Below are positions 1-11,046 of a stretch of 64,000 bases of DNA, piece by piece. The notes beneath the pieces are model-generated. The model worked only from the letters and a program-made list of their open reading frames with translations. It was not told the DNA's origin and made no database searches. The stretch is from NCBI GenBank assembly GCA_020891255.1, contig BQFW01000002.1:3596001-3660000 (forward strand), written 5' to 3'. The stretch's first letter is position 1; each line of letters starts with the position of its first letter. The stretch comes from Entomortierella parvispora E1425. Lineage: Eukaryota; Fungi; Mortierellomycota. The position numbers were made by a program, and so were the translations under genes.

Positions 1-1
1 A

Positions 2-2093
2 ACGACAACAGCATCCGGCAGCAACGGCAGCAACGTGAGCACTAACTCGAAAAACTCGCCTGCTCTCCCACCTGCCCTGCCTACTCCCGCGTCTCCACCA
101 ACTGCGGAGAAAATACCAGCGAATCCTCCAATTCCTGCTACTCCTCCGAAGCCTACCACGCCCGTTGCACAAAAGCCGGCATTCACCTCTGTTCAGCTGG
201 AACAGGCAAGCCTTCAGCGTCAGCAGCAAATGGCTCAAATCCAAGCGCGATTTAGATCTTCGATCCAGACTATCTCGCCAACAGAAATCCAGATCGCGCT
301 TGAGTCAGCCAACAAATCCCAGATGCCTGTTATCTGGGAAGGACCTCTATGGATCAACTTCTTAATCCCCAAGATTTACCCGTTGGAGCCATGTGAGATC
401 AGATTGAAGGAGGATGGACACAATCCAGAACTGGAACTTTGGAGAGCAAGGTAAGGAACTATCTTATCTGTGTAACATATACATTGCAGATGTGGGAAAT
501 GCTATTTCTGACTTTTTTGTGTGTTCGTGTATGTAAAGAAATGTGGAGGCAGGATTCCGAAAATTCGTCGCAGCTATGCCGCAGCACTCCCTATTCCAAC
601 TTTTGAACCAACTTAACCGGGACCTCAAGGACTTGATGTCGCTGCCGAAGCCCGAAGCCCCGATATCCGTTGTAACGGAAGCATTGTCATCGTTGATTCT
701 TGAGTCTTCACCGTCTTCTTCCGAAAGTCCTCAGTCAGAGTCGACAAAGTCTACCGAAGCTCAGAGCAAGCTGCCACCGTCATCTTCAACAAGGATCCTA
801 GAAAATGACAAGAATTCCAAGCTTATCTACGTCGATGCAGTTCAGTCGTCTCGGCCCAGGAATTTTGAGCATGCGGAGGATCAGGGTGTAATGACAAGTG
901 AGGATGACGAAGACGACTATTCAGACGATTCAGACGAGGAAAGCGACGATGAATCTAATAACTCGGATGAAGAACAGGATGGAAGTGAAGAGGAAAGTGC
1001 CTCAAAGACCCAGGCGACCACTGAAACCTCTTCTTCTGCACCACCAAAGCGTGGTATTGAAATCCGAATGCCTGATTTGAAGCTGGAGCACATTTCGTTA
1101 CTCTACTGTCGATCTCTCAATCTCCTAGTCCGCTGTAATCGTTGCAAAGGATTGTTCGAGATCCCCGATCTTGTTCCTCAAGAAGGCGGTGGAATTACAG
1201 GCGGGAGCGGCGCTGCCAACAAAGGAGACACTCGAAAATGGAAGACTTGCGAGAACTGTCAGTCGCTACTTGGGGCTCATTTCAGGACAGAATATATCCA
1301 CATCCAATCCAGAACGCTTGGATATATCGATCTGGCGGGATGTACGGCGTTTGATCTATTGCCTTCAGCATTCGTTCCGACCTGCGAGGACTGTGATCAG
1401 GTTTTGGGAGCTGCCGACCAGCACTCTGATGCTAATGCCGTAACGTCTTCGTCATCGACTCATCAGGCAGCACCAGTCGGATTCCGGCAACGTGTCGGCC
1501 GAGGAATGTCTGCGACGGCCAACTGTCGCAAGTGTCACGTCCGTATGACTCTGACTCTTGAGGGCGAAATCAAATTCGTCAAGCTCAGTCCTGGAGATCT
1601 CATGAAGGCCTCTGCTGAGACGCTTGAGCAACTTCCGCTGAAAAAGAAATTGCTCCGCAACCACGCCAAGAATGGAGGATTGGATTTCGAGCTCAAAGTT
1701 GGAGAACCTCTGCCGAGAAAAGGTGCCTGCGACCATTACAAGAAATCACGTCGTTGGTTCCGGTTCCCCTGCTGTTCCAAGATTTACCCCTGTCATCTCT
1801 GTCACGACGAGAAGGAGGCCGATCATGAGTCCGAGTTTGCAAAGAGGATGGTGTGTGGTCATTGTTCTCGGGAGCAGACCGTGAGCGACAAGCCATGTGT
1901 CTGTGGTGAGAGTCCTGTCAAGAGCACTCACGGATCTGGCGCCTTTTGGGAAGGTGGAGAAGGAATGAGAGACAAGACCCGGATGAGCAACAAAGACAGC
2001 AAAAAGTTCAAGGGCGCTAATAAGACTGTGGCCAAGAAACAGGTTGGAGCCGAGAACGCGCGGAAGCGCGCTCAGCGATCCAAGGCAGACTAA
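2..2093 (+). CDS. CHY-type zinc-finger protein with multiple CxxC pairs, 5'-truncated by the window edge
   Basis: The frame is open from the window start. Intron 451-538 (GT..AG) joins ORF 35..454 to ORF 543..2093 in frame (R-N-V). The C-terminal CDHYKKSRRWFRFPCCSKIYPCHLCHD..H...MVCGHCSREQ is a CHY zinc-finger signature. Upstream CxxC pairs are CNRC, CENC, CEDC and CRKC, plus an acidic tract. Confidence 0.85.
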
Positions 2094-2253
2094 AAGGCTC
2101 TGCTCCAATGTAGATTTAGAATCGAATAAAAGCATCTATGTGTCGTTACAATTTTATGTATGTGTGTGGATGAAATGAAGAGCAAACAATTCAGTGAACA
2201 TAGGGCAGGAACACCAAGTCTTCATAGGTAGGGAAGAACTAGGGGAGGTTGTC

Positions 2254-2306
2254 AAAAGCGAGCAGATGAAGCCGGTGGGCCAGAAAAAAAGCGAGCAGAT
2301 GAAGCC
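2254..2306. repeat. 20-bp perfect direct repeat AAAAGCGAGCAGATGAAGCC, two copies, 33-bp period
   Basis: Copies at 2254-2273 and 2287-2306, followed by CCAAT and poly-T tracts. Confidence 0.9.
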
Positions 2307-2885
2307 CTGGCTCGCCGCGTTGATCGGCCAATTTTTTTTTTCGAATTTTTTTGTTTTTTTTTTTTTTTTTTTGCAACATTTTATTTGCTATGTCGAGCCA
2401 AAGAAGTGAAGTGCGAGACCAAACTATCTACAACCTGAGCAAAGCCGCGTGGTCCAGACGACAAATGACCCCGGATCCCCGCGCAACAAATGCCACGACT
2501 CGTCGCCGTGTTATAAAGAAGAGTAAAATGTTACAAAAAATGGATCTTCCCCATCTTTTCTAATGTCGATAAGTGAACTTGGCCACGCACACAAGCCAGT
2601 AGTCGCTGGTCAGCCAGCGTAGGATCGTCTTGGGCACCTGGGCAGAGGCCTTTGTGGTGGTCAGTGTAAGCCTTGCCGCATTGGCAGATGCCTGGCGCAA
2701 GGATCGCACCAGAGGCATTGTTCCACGGCTGCCCCGACGGGGCTGCTTGTTTTTTCGTCTTGGGGCGGATGCCTTGAGACTTCGAATTTTTTTGGGTCAA
2801 GCGCCACCAAAATTTGAAAGTCACTCTGAAATTTCGGAACGGATGGTACATGGTCCAAGCCAAAAGAACATATATCACAATAAGG

Positions 2886-2958
2886 GTCTACGCTGCTCTG
2901 TGGGAGTTTTGCCGCTCCATTACACTTCGCAACCCGGGTTCGACACCCGGTGTAGACT
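2886..2958 (+). ncRNA. tRNA-like element (intact acceptor stem and T-arm, degenerate D/anticodon arms)
   Basis: GTCTACG (2886-2892) pairs with TGTAGAC (2951-2957). The T-arm is CCGGG-TTCGACA-CCCGG (2934-2950) and contains the B-box GTTCGACAC. Total length is 73 nt. A possible mini D-arm is GCTC-TGTGG-GAGT. No canonical anticodon arm, U8 or U33 can be assigned. Confidence 0.5.
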
Positions 2959-3149
2959 CCTTATGTCAGGTTATGCAGTATGACGCCCCTCCCGCTGTAG
3001 GCCTATCCTCGAGGGGGGCGGTGAGCCTTCACCCCTGCGCTGGCCAGCAGAGTAAAGGGTGTGGTGCCTATCACTGGGGGGAGTCGAGCGGTCCCATTCG
3101 GGGCCGCTTGAACTCTTGTTCCCGGGGCCTAGTACTTTCTTCTCCTTTT
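2959..3149 (+). ncRNA. candidate structured non-coding RNA downstream of the tRNA-like element
   Basis: Stems CGCCCCTCC/GGGGGGGCG (2984-3021), CACCC/GGGTG (3031-3061) and a roughly 15-bp hairpin GAGTCGAGCGGTCCC-ATTC-GGGGCCGCTTGAACTC (3081-3115) with G.U pairs. A T4 tract lies at 3146-3149. Confidence 0.35.
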
Positions 3150-4332
3150 CTTTCCACCACATGGCTCATGGTTCCCACTTCCATGTCTCCATGGCATCCC
3201 TGATGTCGCCAGAACTCTCATGTCCACAATCAATCAATCGCGTACCACACGCAATTTTAGTGGCGCGACTTTTTTTGGGCTCAGCTCACTCCCACGGAGG
3301 TCAACGTTCATCGTGCCATGGTCAATGCTTTTGGGAATGGAGACAAGGCTGATTGTTTGCGTTTTCACTGCTGTTTATTATTACTTTCTTTCACTCTCAA
3401 CTACTCTCGAAATCTGGCCTGCTCTCAGTCAACTTGTTTTCCTCCTTCTCTTTGACAAGCAAGAGTGAAACAAGCCGTGCAGGGCGCGCCAACGAGCAGG
3501 CGGCAGGCCATCACACCCCAATAATAGTTTGCATGTACCATAAAGGACACGTCTTTTTGGTTTGTATGGATAACCCCACGAAAACCATACGCTTTTGCCA
3601 AAGACTGGTTCGGAAACCAACCCAAGGACTCTGTTGGACCATGATGTTGCCTGAGCAGAGCACCTATAAACACCTTCTTCATAAACACCTACAGTGATTG
3701 CACAGTGAAAAGGGGGGATAGGAACCAGAGGGCCACGATTCCCGTCTCATCCCGGTGAGAAAACAAAGATGCGAGCGGATCACCTTCTCGACTTTGTAGT
3801 GGACATTTGCCCTTCCCCTCTCGAACGTAGACCGCGACTTTATCTACTTGTCCAAGAGGGTTGAAGAAAGGACGGTTGTAAAGATTGCGATGGTGCTGGC
3901 ACACAACCTTCTTATACGGTCAACACCCAACGGACCCCCGTTATGGAGGCTGCACCCACGTTCCAGGTGCCGCTACAAGACGTACACCCGGGAAGTCCGT
4001 TGATTCTCAGGATGGCGCAGCAGAACGAGTCATGTCCACACCCAGCCTTACCTGGCAGCATATTGCAAGTTTGAGGGAAGGGGAAAGGATCAGGTTAAGG
4101 CAAGGGGAAGGATGAGGATATGGGAGAGGACAAGTGGAAGAATGGAAGGGAGGGGTGGAATGAATGAAAATGTTGGACCGCGCGATTTCTGCAATGAAGA
4201 AAGAGTGCTGCGCCTAAATTAAGGGTGTACCCCCCCCCCCAAAAAAAAAAAAAAAAAAACGCGTTTTTCCAATGCAAAAAGGTATCGCCATCCATCATTC
4301 TATTTGAAGTTGTCTATATGAACAAGAACGCT

Positions 4333-5983
4333 TTAGCGTTTTCCCCTTCTCTCGTGAAGGATCATGTCGTCATAGAGGGTGGTAGGTCGCAGTGGCCACT
4401 GTTCGAACTTTGCTGCGATTTCATTAAACTGCTCCCAGGTCATATGCTTGACCTTGATGTCAGTGTCAAAGCTCAATCGACTCAGCAAAATTTCAGCTCC
4501 TGGTCCCAGAAGTCTATGAGACAGAAAGAGGGGGTTAATATATAGACGTAAAGGCAAGTGTCGATGGTAGGTGAATATCCAGAATGACAAAACGAGGGAT
4601 GGCATCGTACTTGATATTCTTTTTAAGAGAGAAGGCCTTGCTGGTGAAAAGACTCCTCAAACAAAAGTCCAGAATCTCAAAGCTCGCTATTGACAAGGTG
4701 AAGCAATGAGAATATACCAATAATGTCAGGTCGCGATAACTTCAAAGTAAATAGATGATTGGGTAGCAACACTCCCCTTCCACTTACTGTCTAACTTGGG
4801 CTTTTCGTGAGGAACGAGCTTCAAGAGTTGATAGTCGTATGGAAGATAAAAATGCTGTAGACCTGGCGCCATCATTGGCGTGATCTCTGCCGCAATCTCG
4901 GCCATAATAGTCACTCTGTTTCTGCTTGGTGTTCCAGGTGGAGCAACAAGTCTCTGTTGGTCAAGATAAAGCGATAAATAAAATAAAATAAAAGATAATG
5001 TGATGAGTTCCTCTGCTTCATCCTTGGTGTATCGTACACTCGTCGCAGTCACCCTACCTTGATGGCTGCCTTGGAACAGAACATGTACATCTCCACCCTC
5101 CCTAACTGAAAGATGCCCATGCGCTCTATTGCGGATATCAGAATGTCGTGTATCAACTTTTCACCCAACAGCGAATTAGGGATCGACGCAACGAGGGCTA
5201 GGTCCGGATAGACTTTATCCCATGGTTGAGGTTTAAGTCCTGGAAAAGCCCTGCCTTCCTCTCCTCGATCCTTGCTTTCAATTTCCAGAAGTTCGTCGTA
5301 AGGATGCACAGCAGGATTCATCTGAAAGTTCTGAATCCTGCCTTCTGACGCCAGTTCTAATGACTGAATAAATGACAGCATCGGAGTGAGGAAACGAGGC
5401 CCAAAATACCATGAAGGTCTCCAGCTTGTAGAATAGTACTTTAACAGGGGTGGATAATTGACTATTGGTGATTGCTCGTACCTTCAAAGATTCCTGAAAT
5501 ACCTCCACTGGCTCCAATGTTACGACTTTTTTTGCTCCTGCCAATGCCATAGATCGTGTCAACTGGCCGGGCCCTATTTTAAAAAGTGGGGTTCACAATT
5601 AGTCTCAGCTTGCTACTCATATTCTTGGAGCTAACTGTAGTATAATCCAAGATATGGATCACGGCCTGAATACCTGGGTAGAGCTCCAGGATGGATCTGC
5701 CTGGGTTCTCCTTGATCTTCATCTCACGAGCTGCGTTGTCTTTATATGGAACAAGAACAACACAGTGGTGTTAGTATATATTCCTTCACATACGATCAAG
5801 CCTAACGAAGCATTTCAGGGATTGACAAAAGCACGACTTCTTCTTACTGGCAGCTTCTTCGGACATGACAGAGACCCGAAGCTGTGAGCGTGCCCTGGAG
5901 CCTTTGTAAAGAGTCGGCCACGCACCCAAAGGTGCCAGTTTGGGAAGCGATGTCAAGATAGGTCTGGCTGCTGCAGCTGTCAT
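4333..5983 (-). CDS. MTF1: mitochondrial transcription factor Mtf1/TFB (KsgA/Dim1 rRNA adenine dimethyltransferase family), multi-exon
   Basis: ATG at 5983. Splicing introns 5847-5740 and one starting at 5673 gives ...ILELYPG|PGQLTRSMALAGAKKVVTLEP (SAM motif I). Later exons read RLVAPPGTPSRNRVTIMAE and FEILDFCLRSLF. The C-terminal LGPGAEILL...FNEIAAKFEQWPLRP resembles the yeast Mtf1 ...FMEWPFKP tail. Confidence 0.85.
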
Positions 5984-6143
5984 ATTTTCCGAATATCGTT
6001 GTTGTGGACGTGAGAATAGCGAAAGGCCAATTGGTAGTTTTTTTTCAACGTGAATGGAAAAAAGGACAAAGGACAATGCATGTGCAATTCAACGGCGTGT
6101 GTGTATAAAAATAGTGGCTGTGCAGGCATTGTGACTCGTTTTA

Positions 6144-8954
6144 TTAGGCTGAATCTGGCGATTCTTGACTCTCGGTCTCCTCCTCCGTCTTCACCTCCAC
6201 CTCTTCTGCCTTCACCTCTGCTTCCGCTTCTGCCTCCGCGGCCTTTGCTGTAGCAGCTGCTGCGGCGGCGGCCTTTTCGGCTTCTGCACGCTCCCTCTGT
6301 AAAATAAGCAAATTGATAAATAAAAAAAAAAAAGAATGTCAGAAAAAGTCTGACCTACGAAATGAGTATCACAAATCAGGACATTGGATGGCTTTCTTAC
6401 CTTGAGCTTCCATTCGTGTGCCTTGCTGATGAGCTTGAAGTTTGGCTTCTGAGTCTGATCGTCGGGGAAAATGTAATCGTAGTACTCCTCGTATTGAGCC
6501 GACTCGCCCACACCTGAAGTCGATGCAATCTGTCGACGTTTCTTGACCATCTTTGGCATCAAGTCCTGGACTGACTTCAAAGTCTCGGCCGTTCCCTGAG
6601 CCTGCTCAAACTCCTTCCAAGCCTCCAAAAGGATCACACGCTCCTCTTTCAACTCCTGTTCCTTCATCTTCTGAGACGCCTTCTTGAATACATCTCGAGC
6701 AGCAACGGTACGTCCCTCATGTGGCACGCTGGCCTCGAAATGCGCCCAACTAATCCACACCTTGACGTGGGCAGTTCTCTCCAAAAGTCGAGTGTACAAG
6801 TCTCGAGCCTTCTCCCATTCTTCCTCGCCAACCTCAAAGTCGATATACGCCTTCCAGAGTATCTCGGGCATATCCAGCTCCGGTTGACTAATTGCCAGTT
6901 CGAAGATCGCACGGGCACGCTCAGTATCCTGCAATTCCGTCTCCAGCTCCGCAAATTTGATCCATGCAGCACAATTTGATGGTGCCCACTCCAGATACTT
7001 TGAGTAGAGTGTTCTTGCTCTATCGATGGCACGCAACTATGTAACAAATATCCCAAAAACAAAAGTCAGCATCTAGCGGCAAAGGGTATGGATACATTCA
7101 ATTGCAGTGTTGGACATACCTCCAGTTCCAGTTCAATGTATCCTTTGAAGAGCTTGTCCTTTGGACACATGCCCAAAGCCATGCCAAGAGTCTTACGTGC
7201 TGCTGAAAGGTCGAGTTGGCGAATCTCGAACTTGGCATAGAGAAGCCAAATCTTGGCGAAAGTGAACTTTTTGTGAGGGATGAGTTGGATACAGCCCTTG
7301 TACACCTGTCTAGCACGCTCGTAGTCCTGTTTGAGTCGTATAGCATGTGAGGTTAGAGAACTGTACTTCAAGCATTGAAAGGATATCTCAAAAATAGGTG
7401 TATGAACCTGCCTTTGTCTCCAGCTCCTCAAATAGTGCGTACTTGATCCACAAGTATATATATCTCCTCCACAGACGCTTCTCTTGGGCTGGTGGAACTT
7501 GAGCAATAGCCCGCTCATAGACTTCCCGAACGCGGTCTACATCACCAGTACTCTCCTCGAGCTTTCCATAATCGAACCATGTATCGTAATTCTTGAGATT
7601 GTCGGCCAAATCCTAAAACATTAAAGAAAGCTGTCAGTCTTGCATTCTCCAAATATAGTCAAGAGATGAAAATCCTGTCTGTTTTATCCAGGTCACTTAC
7701 AGCCTCATATTGTAACCTCCTCTTGCCAACCACGACATCTTCGATTCCATCCTTGTCTCCAAACTGTTTCTCGAATTGGACATATTGGTTGTACAGCGCC
7801 TGCGACTTTGATCGAGGAATGCGGTCCAAAGCGTACTTGTAGATAACACGCGCACGCTCAATCTCCTTTTGACGAGTCTCGAACTTGGCGAAAGCAATAA
7901 ACAGCCTCTGCTCCATCAATTCCTCGCCCATAACCTCAATTGCCCTTGTGAAAATATCTCGCGCCTTCTCATTTGTGCCCTCCCGCTCCTCAAATTCAGC
8001 CCATTTGATCCAGTTCTTGGGGTCGGGGTGGATGTGGACGAATCGCTCATAGACAACGCGAGCACGCTCAAGTTCCTTGTAGCGCTTCTCGAATTTGACA
8101 TAGGCCATCCATGCCTCCTCTTCTGGCTCCCATTGCATCCAGCGCTCAAAAATCTGTCGGGCACGAGGAACTTCTTCCAGCATCTCCTCCATGTATGTGT
8201 ACTTGAGCCTAACAGCAAGTGTGTGTTTCCAAAGCGGCATCAGCATTGTATGAATAGTATTTTACCACTCATAGTCCTTGTAGGGCGCACATTCTCTAAT
8301 GGACTTACCAGAACTGATCACGGCGAGGTAAAATGGTAACAATCCTGTCAAAGAGGTTACGAGCCAAAGCAATGTTCTTGTGCTTCATCTCCATCTCAAC
8401 GTACTTCAAGTACAAAGTTGAGTTGCTACTGTCCACTTGAAGTGCACGTTCATAAATAGAACGAGCTCTACATTGAAGAGTTCACCACAAAAGGCTCCGT
8501 TAGTGTCTCTGTTCGTCGAACTCCTATGTTGTGGTTGCTGCTCGATGGTATTCTCTCAGATCTCATGCTGCCGGGGTGTCTCTTACCTCTGAAGCTCGTC
8601 TTGGCTCTCCTCCCAGGTGGCGTACTTGAGCCATTCGCCAATATGAAGTCGACTCCTTTGAATACGATCCTCAAACTCCTTGCGTTTCCGTCCACGGTAC
8701 TCCATCAACTCTGCATGGTCGTGGATCTTCTGTTTTGGCACCTTGATAGCTACCTCCTGACGCTCCTTAGCCTCGCGAAGAATCTGCTCGGCCGAGATTT
8801 GCACTGGCGCGGCATTCTTGTTTTTGATCTGTTGATGGATGGTAATTAGATGAGATTAGCAATCAAACATCAACTCTACATGACTGACATTGACCAGTTA
8901 ACGGCATGATAATAGAGTTCATGCCTTTGGAGCCTGCGAAGATCGTTTGTCCAT
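6144..8954 (-). CDS. CLF1: pre-mRNA splicing factor Clf1/crooked neck (HAT/TPR repeats), 8 exons
   Basis: Contains [72 protein letters not shown] and [14 protein letters not shown]. Introns: 8924-8829 (GC-AG), one starting 8586, 8308-8209, one ending 7613, 7411-7327 (GC-AG), one at about 7119-7039 and one at about 6400-6297. Stop TAA at 6146-6144. Confidence 0.97.
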
Positions 8955-9118
8955 GGTGAATGATGTTGGAGTCGAGATGGAGGACTGAGCTGAAATGCAA
9001 CTCAATTGATGAGGTCTGAAGCAGATCAGCCCAGTGGGCGCTGCAGCTGCCAGGCACGTAAAAAACACGTCACCGAATTTTTTTTTTTAGGATGAAATAT
9101 ATTACTGCTGTATGCTTT

Positions 9119-9162
9119 GAGTGAGTGATGAGTGAGTGAGTGAGTGAGTGAGTGAGTGAGTG
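9119..9162. repeat. (GAGT)n tetranucleotide microsatellite
   Basis: About 10 GAGT units with one interruption, between the RPC19 stop and the CLF1 start. Confidence 0.9.
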
Positions 9163-9250
9163 CGTAGGTACACTCCAAAGCGCGCTGATGAACAGGGCAA
9201 AGTCCAACCCAGGGATGATATGGTATTTGCTATCAAGGTGCTATCAAATT

Positions 9251-9925
9251 CTAGAGGGCAGTCTCCTCCTCATACTCAAACTCGCCCTTGGCAAGCTCAG
9301 CCTGGAAAGACTGGATGACATGGCTGCAAATGTCGGTCAAATCATCCAATCCCTTGAAAACTGCGTCCACTGCCGTCGTCTTGTCTGAAGTCTGAACTCT
9401 GATATTCGTCCGTGCCTCCGAAGGATGTGGGATCGAGTAACTGGCAAAGTCAACTTCGGGGCTATATGTGAATAGTGAAAGAGATTCATACTAGGTCAAT
9501 TTCAGACTCATCGTGATCCTCAAACGTCTGTAGAGCAAGCAACGAATGCTACGCCTCCGATCTATGGTTGTCAAATAGATGGACTGTCTCCGTACTTTTT
9601 CATAAGCGTCCAGCGAACAGCGTTTCCGAGAGTATGATCCTCATCCTGTAAACAAAAGGTGGCGCACTGGGGCTCTGTCATTGTTCCGGGAACCTATAGT
9701 TTGAGTAGGTGAGGTACCAGGTTCAGTCAGTATCATGGCAAAGAACAACGCAGCCGTGGACTGCCAGCCAGACTTCTACTGGCTTTGCTGCACCACGGTC
9801 TCTGGTCAAATCTTCCTCAAGCACTGAGTGGCAATGGATGACATTGCACTTACAATGGTAACCTTTCCAGTGTCGATCTCAATGGGATCCTCCTCCATGC
9901 GAACTATGGCCTTTGTGGATGGCAT
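9251..9925 (-). CDS. RPC19: RNA polymerase I/III shared subunit AC19 (RPAC2/POLR1D), 3 exons; absent from the ORF track
   Basis: Exons 9925-9854, 9693-9596 and 9461-9251 translate to MPSTKAIVRMEEDPIEIDTGKVTI|VPGTMTEPQCATFCLQDEDHTLGNAVRWTLMK|NPEVDFASYSIPHPSEARTNIRVQT...L*. EDHTLGN and YSIPHPSE are RpoL/AC19 motifs. Confidence 0.95.
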
Positions 9926-10111
9926 GACTGACTATGGTTGATGTGTATGGTGAACAATGAATGCGACAAGAGAGAAGAAAAAAAATAGATCGCTCTGGAG
10001 GTGGCTTGAACACAGAAAGCAGTCCGAAATTTTATTTTTTTGGCACACTTGGGAGAGAGCAATCAGGGTTGCCCTCGTGCCGTGCCGGCACAGTGGTTGA
10101 CTGGAACGCTT

Positions 10112-11046
10112 TTAAAAGGCCTTCTTCTTCTCGTCCACGCTCATGCCACCAGGTCCGATCGTGACCAAGAGCAAGAGACCGCCCATGATGGAAAGAGTCT
10201 GGAAGAAGTCGTACTTCAGGAAATCTTTCTGCATGTGTCCGTTGTCAACGGACCAGAAGTTGTTGACCACAATGTTGAATACAGAAAGGAAAAGAACCAA
10301 GAACATGGCTGAGAGCTTGGCCTTAAAACCAACTGCAATCATCACACAGGCGGCGAATCCAACAATCGAGGCAATGACTCGTGACAGAGACCAGGAACCA
10401 TGCATGGCGAATCCGAGGAACAAGAAGATCAAGAGGACTCGGCCAGCGAGTTGGAAGTATGTGCGCTTGTTGTTCTCAGTCACAGAGGGCAACCCAGCAA
10501 AGAGCTGACGACGCTTGTTCAGACTGTCAGAGACGACCATCAAAAGACCACCGATCACAGACAGGTTGCGAAGGAAGAAGCTGGCGTCAAAGATCAATCC
10601 GTATCCAAAGGCCTGAGCAACAACAACGGCGAAAAGGGCTCCTGCTGCGTATTCAGTGTGTTTCCGTCCAATAACCATAATTGAGCAGGCGAACATGGTC
10701 TGGAAGACACCAAATGAATATATACCTTTCGCGTTAGAATACACTTTCTTTCACGCACGGCGTATAAATGCTAAACGAAGCTGAGCTTGTAAAACGACGC
10801 CAACTGCATTTTTCTTACCAGAACATTGACAATCAAAAAGATATGGCTGAGGCCCCAAGGGAAACCACGGTGTCTCTGCAGGTAGTAGAGCTGGTCACTG
10901 AACTGAGTCGAGATGCGAAGAGCGTCCTCCAAGAAAGTAACAACAATCAGGAAGCGCGCAATGGCGGGAATGTGAGGCTTGATGGGTTGGCCAATCTTGT
11001 CAATGACATCCTCAATCTTTCGCGAATATTCTTGCACGGCCTCCAT
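10112..11046 (-). CDS. ERV29: SURF4/Erv29 ER cargo receptor, 2 exons
   Basis: IARFLIVVTFLEDALRI; intron 10817-10700; FFLRNLSVIGGLL, LAGRVLLIFLF and DFFQTLSIMGGLLLL; C-terminal di-lysine signal KKKAF*. Confidence 0.95.

Noticed and set aside
2351-4298. Numerous short ORFs in the CHY-MTF1 gap
   Set aside because: None has a recognisable motif, a consistent splice structure or coding-like composition.
7338-7386. U12-type donor-like ATATCCTTT, branch-like TTCTCTAAC and an AC inside CLF1 intron 5 (minus strand)
   Set aside because: An AT-AC intron here would be only about 49 nt and would leave an in-frame TGA. CTAAC is also the normal U2 branch point. One such 9-mer is expected by chance in 128 kb of two-strand sequence.
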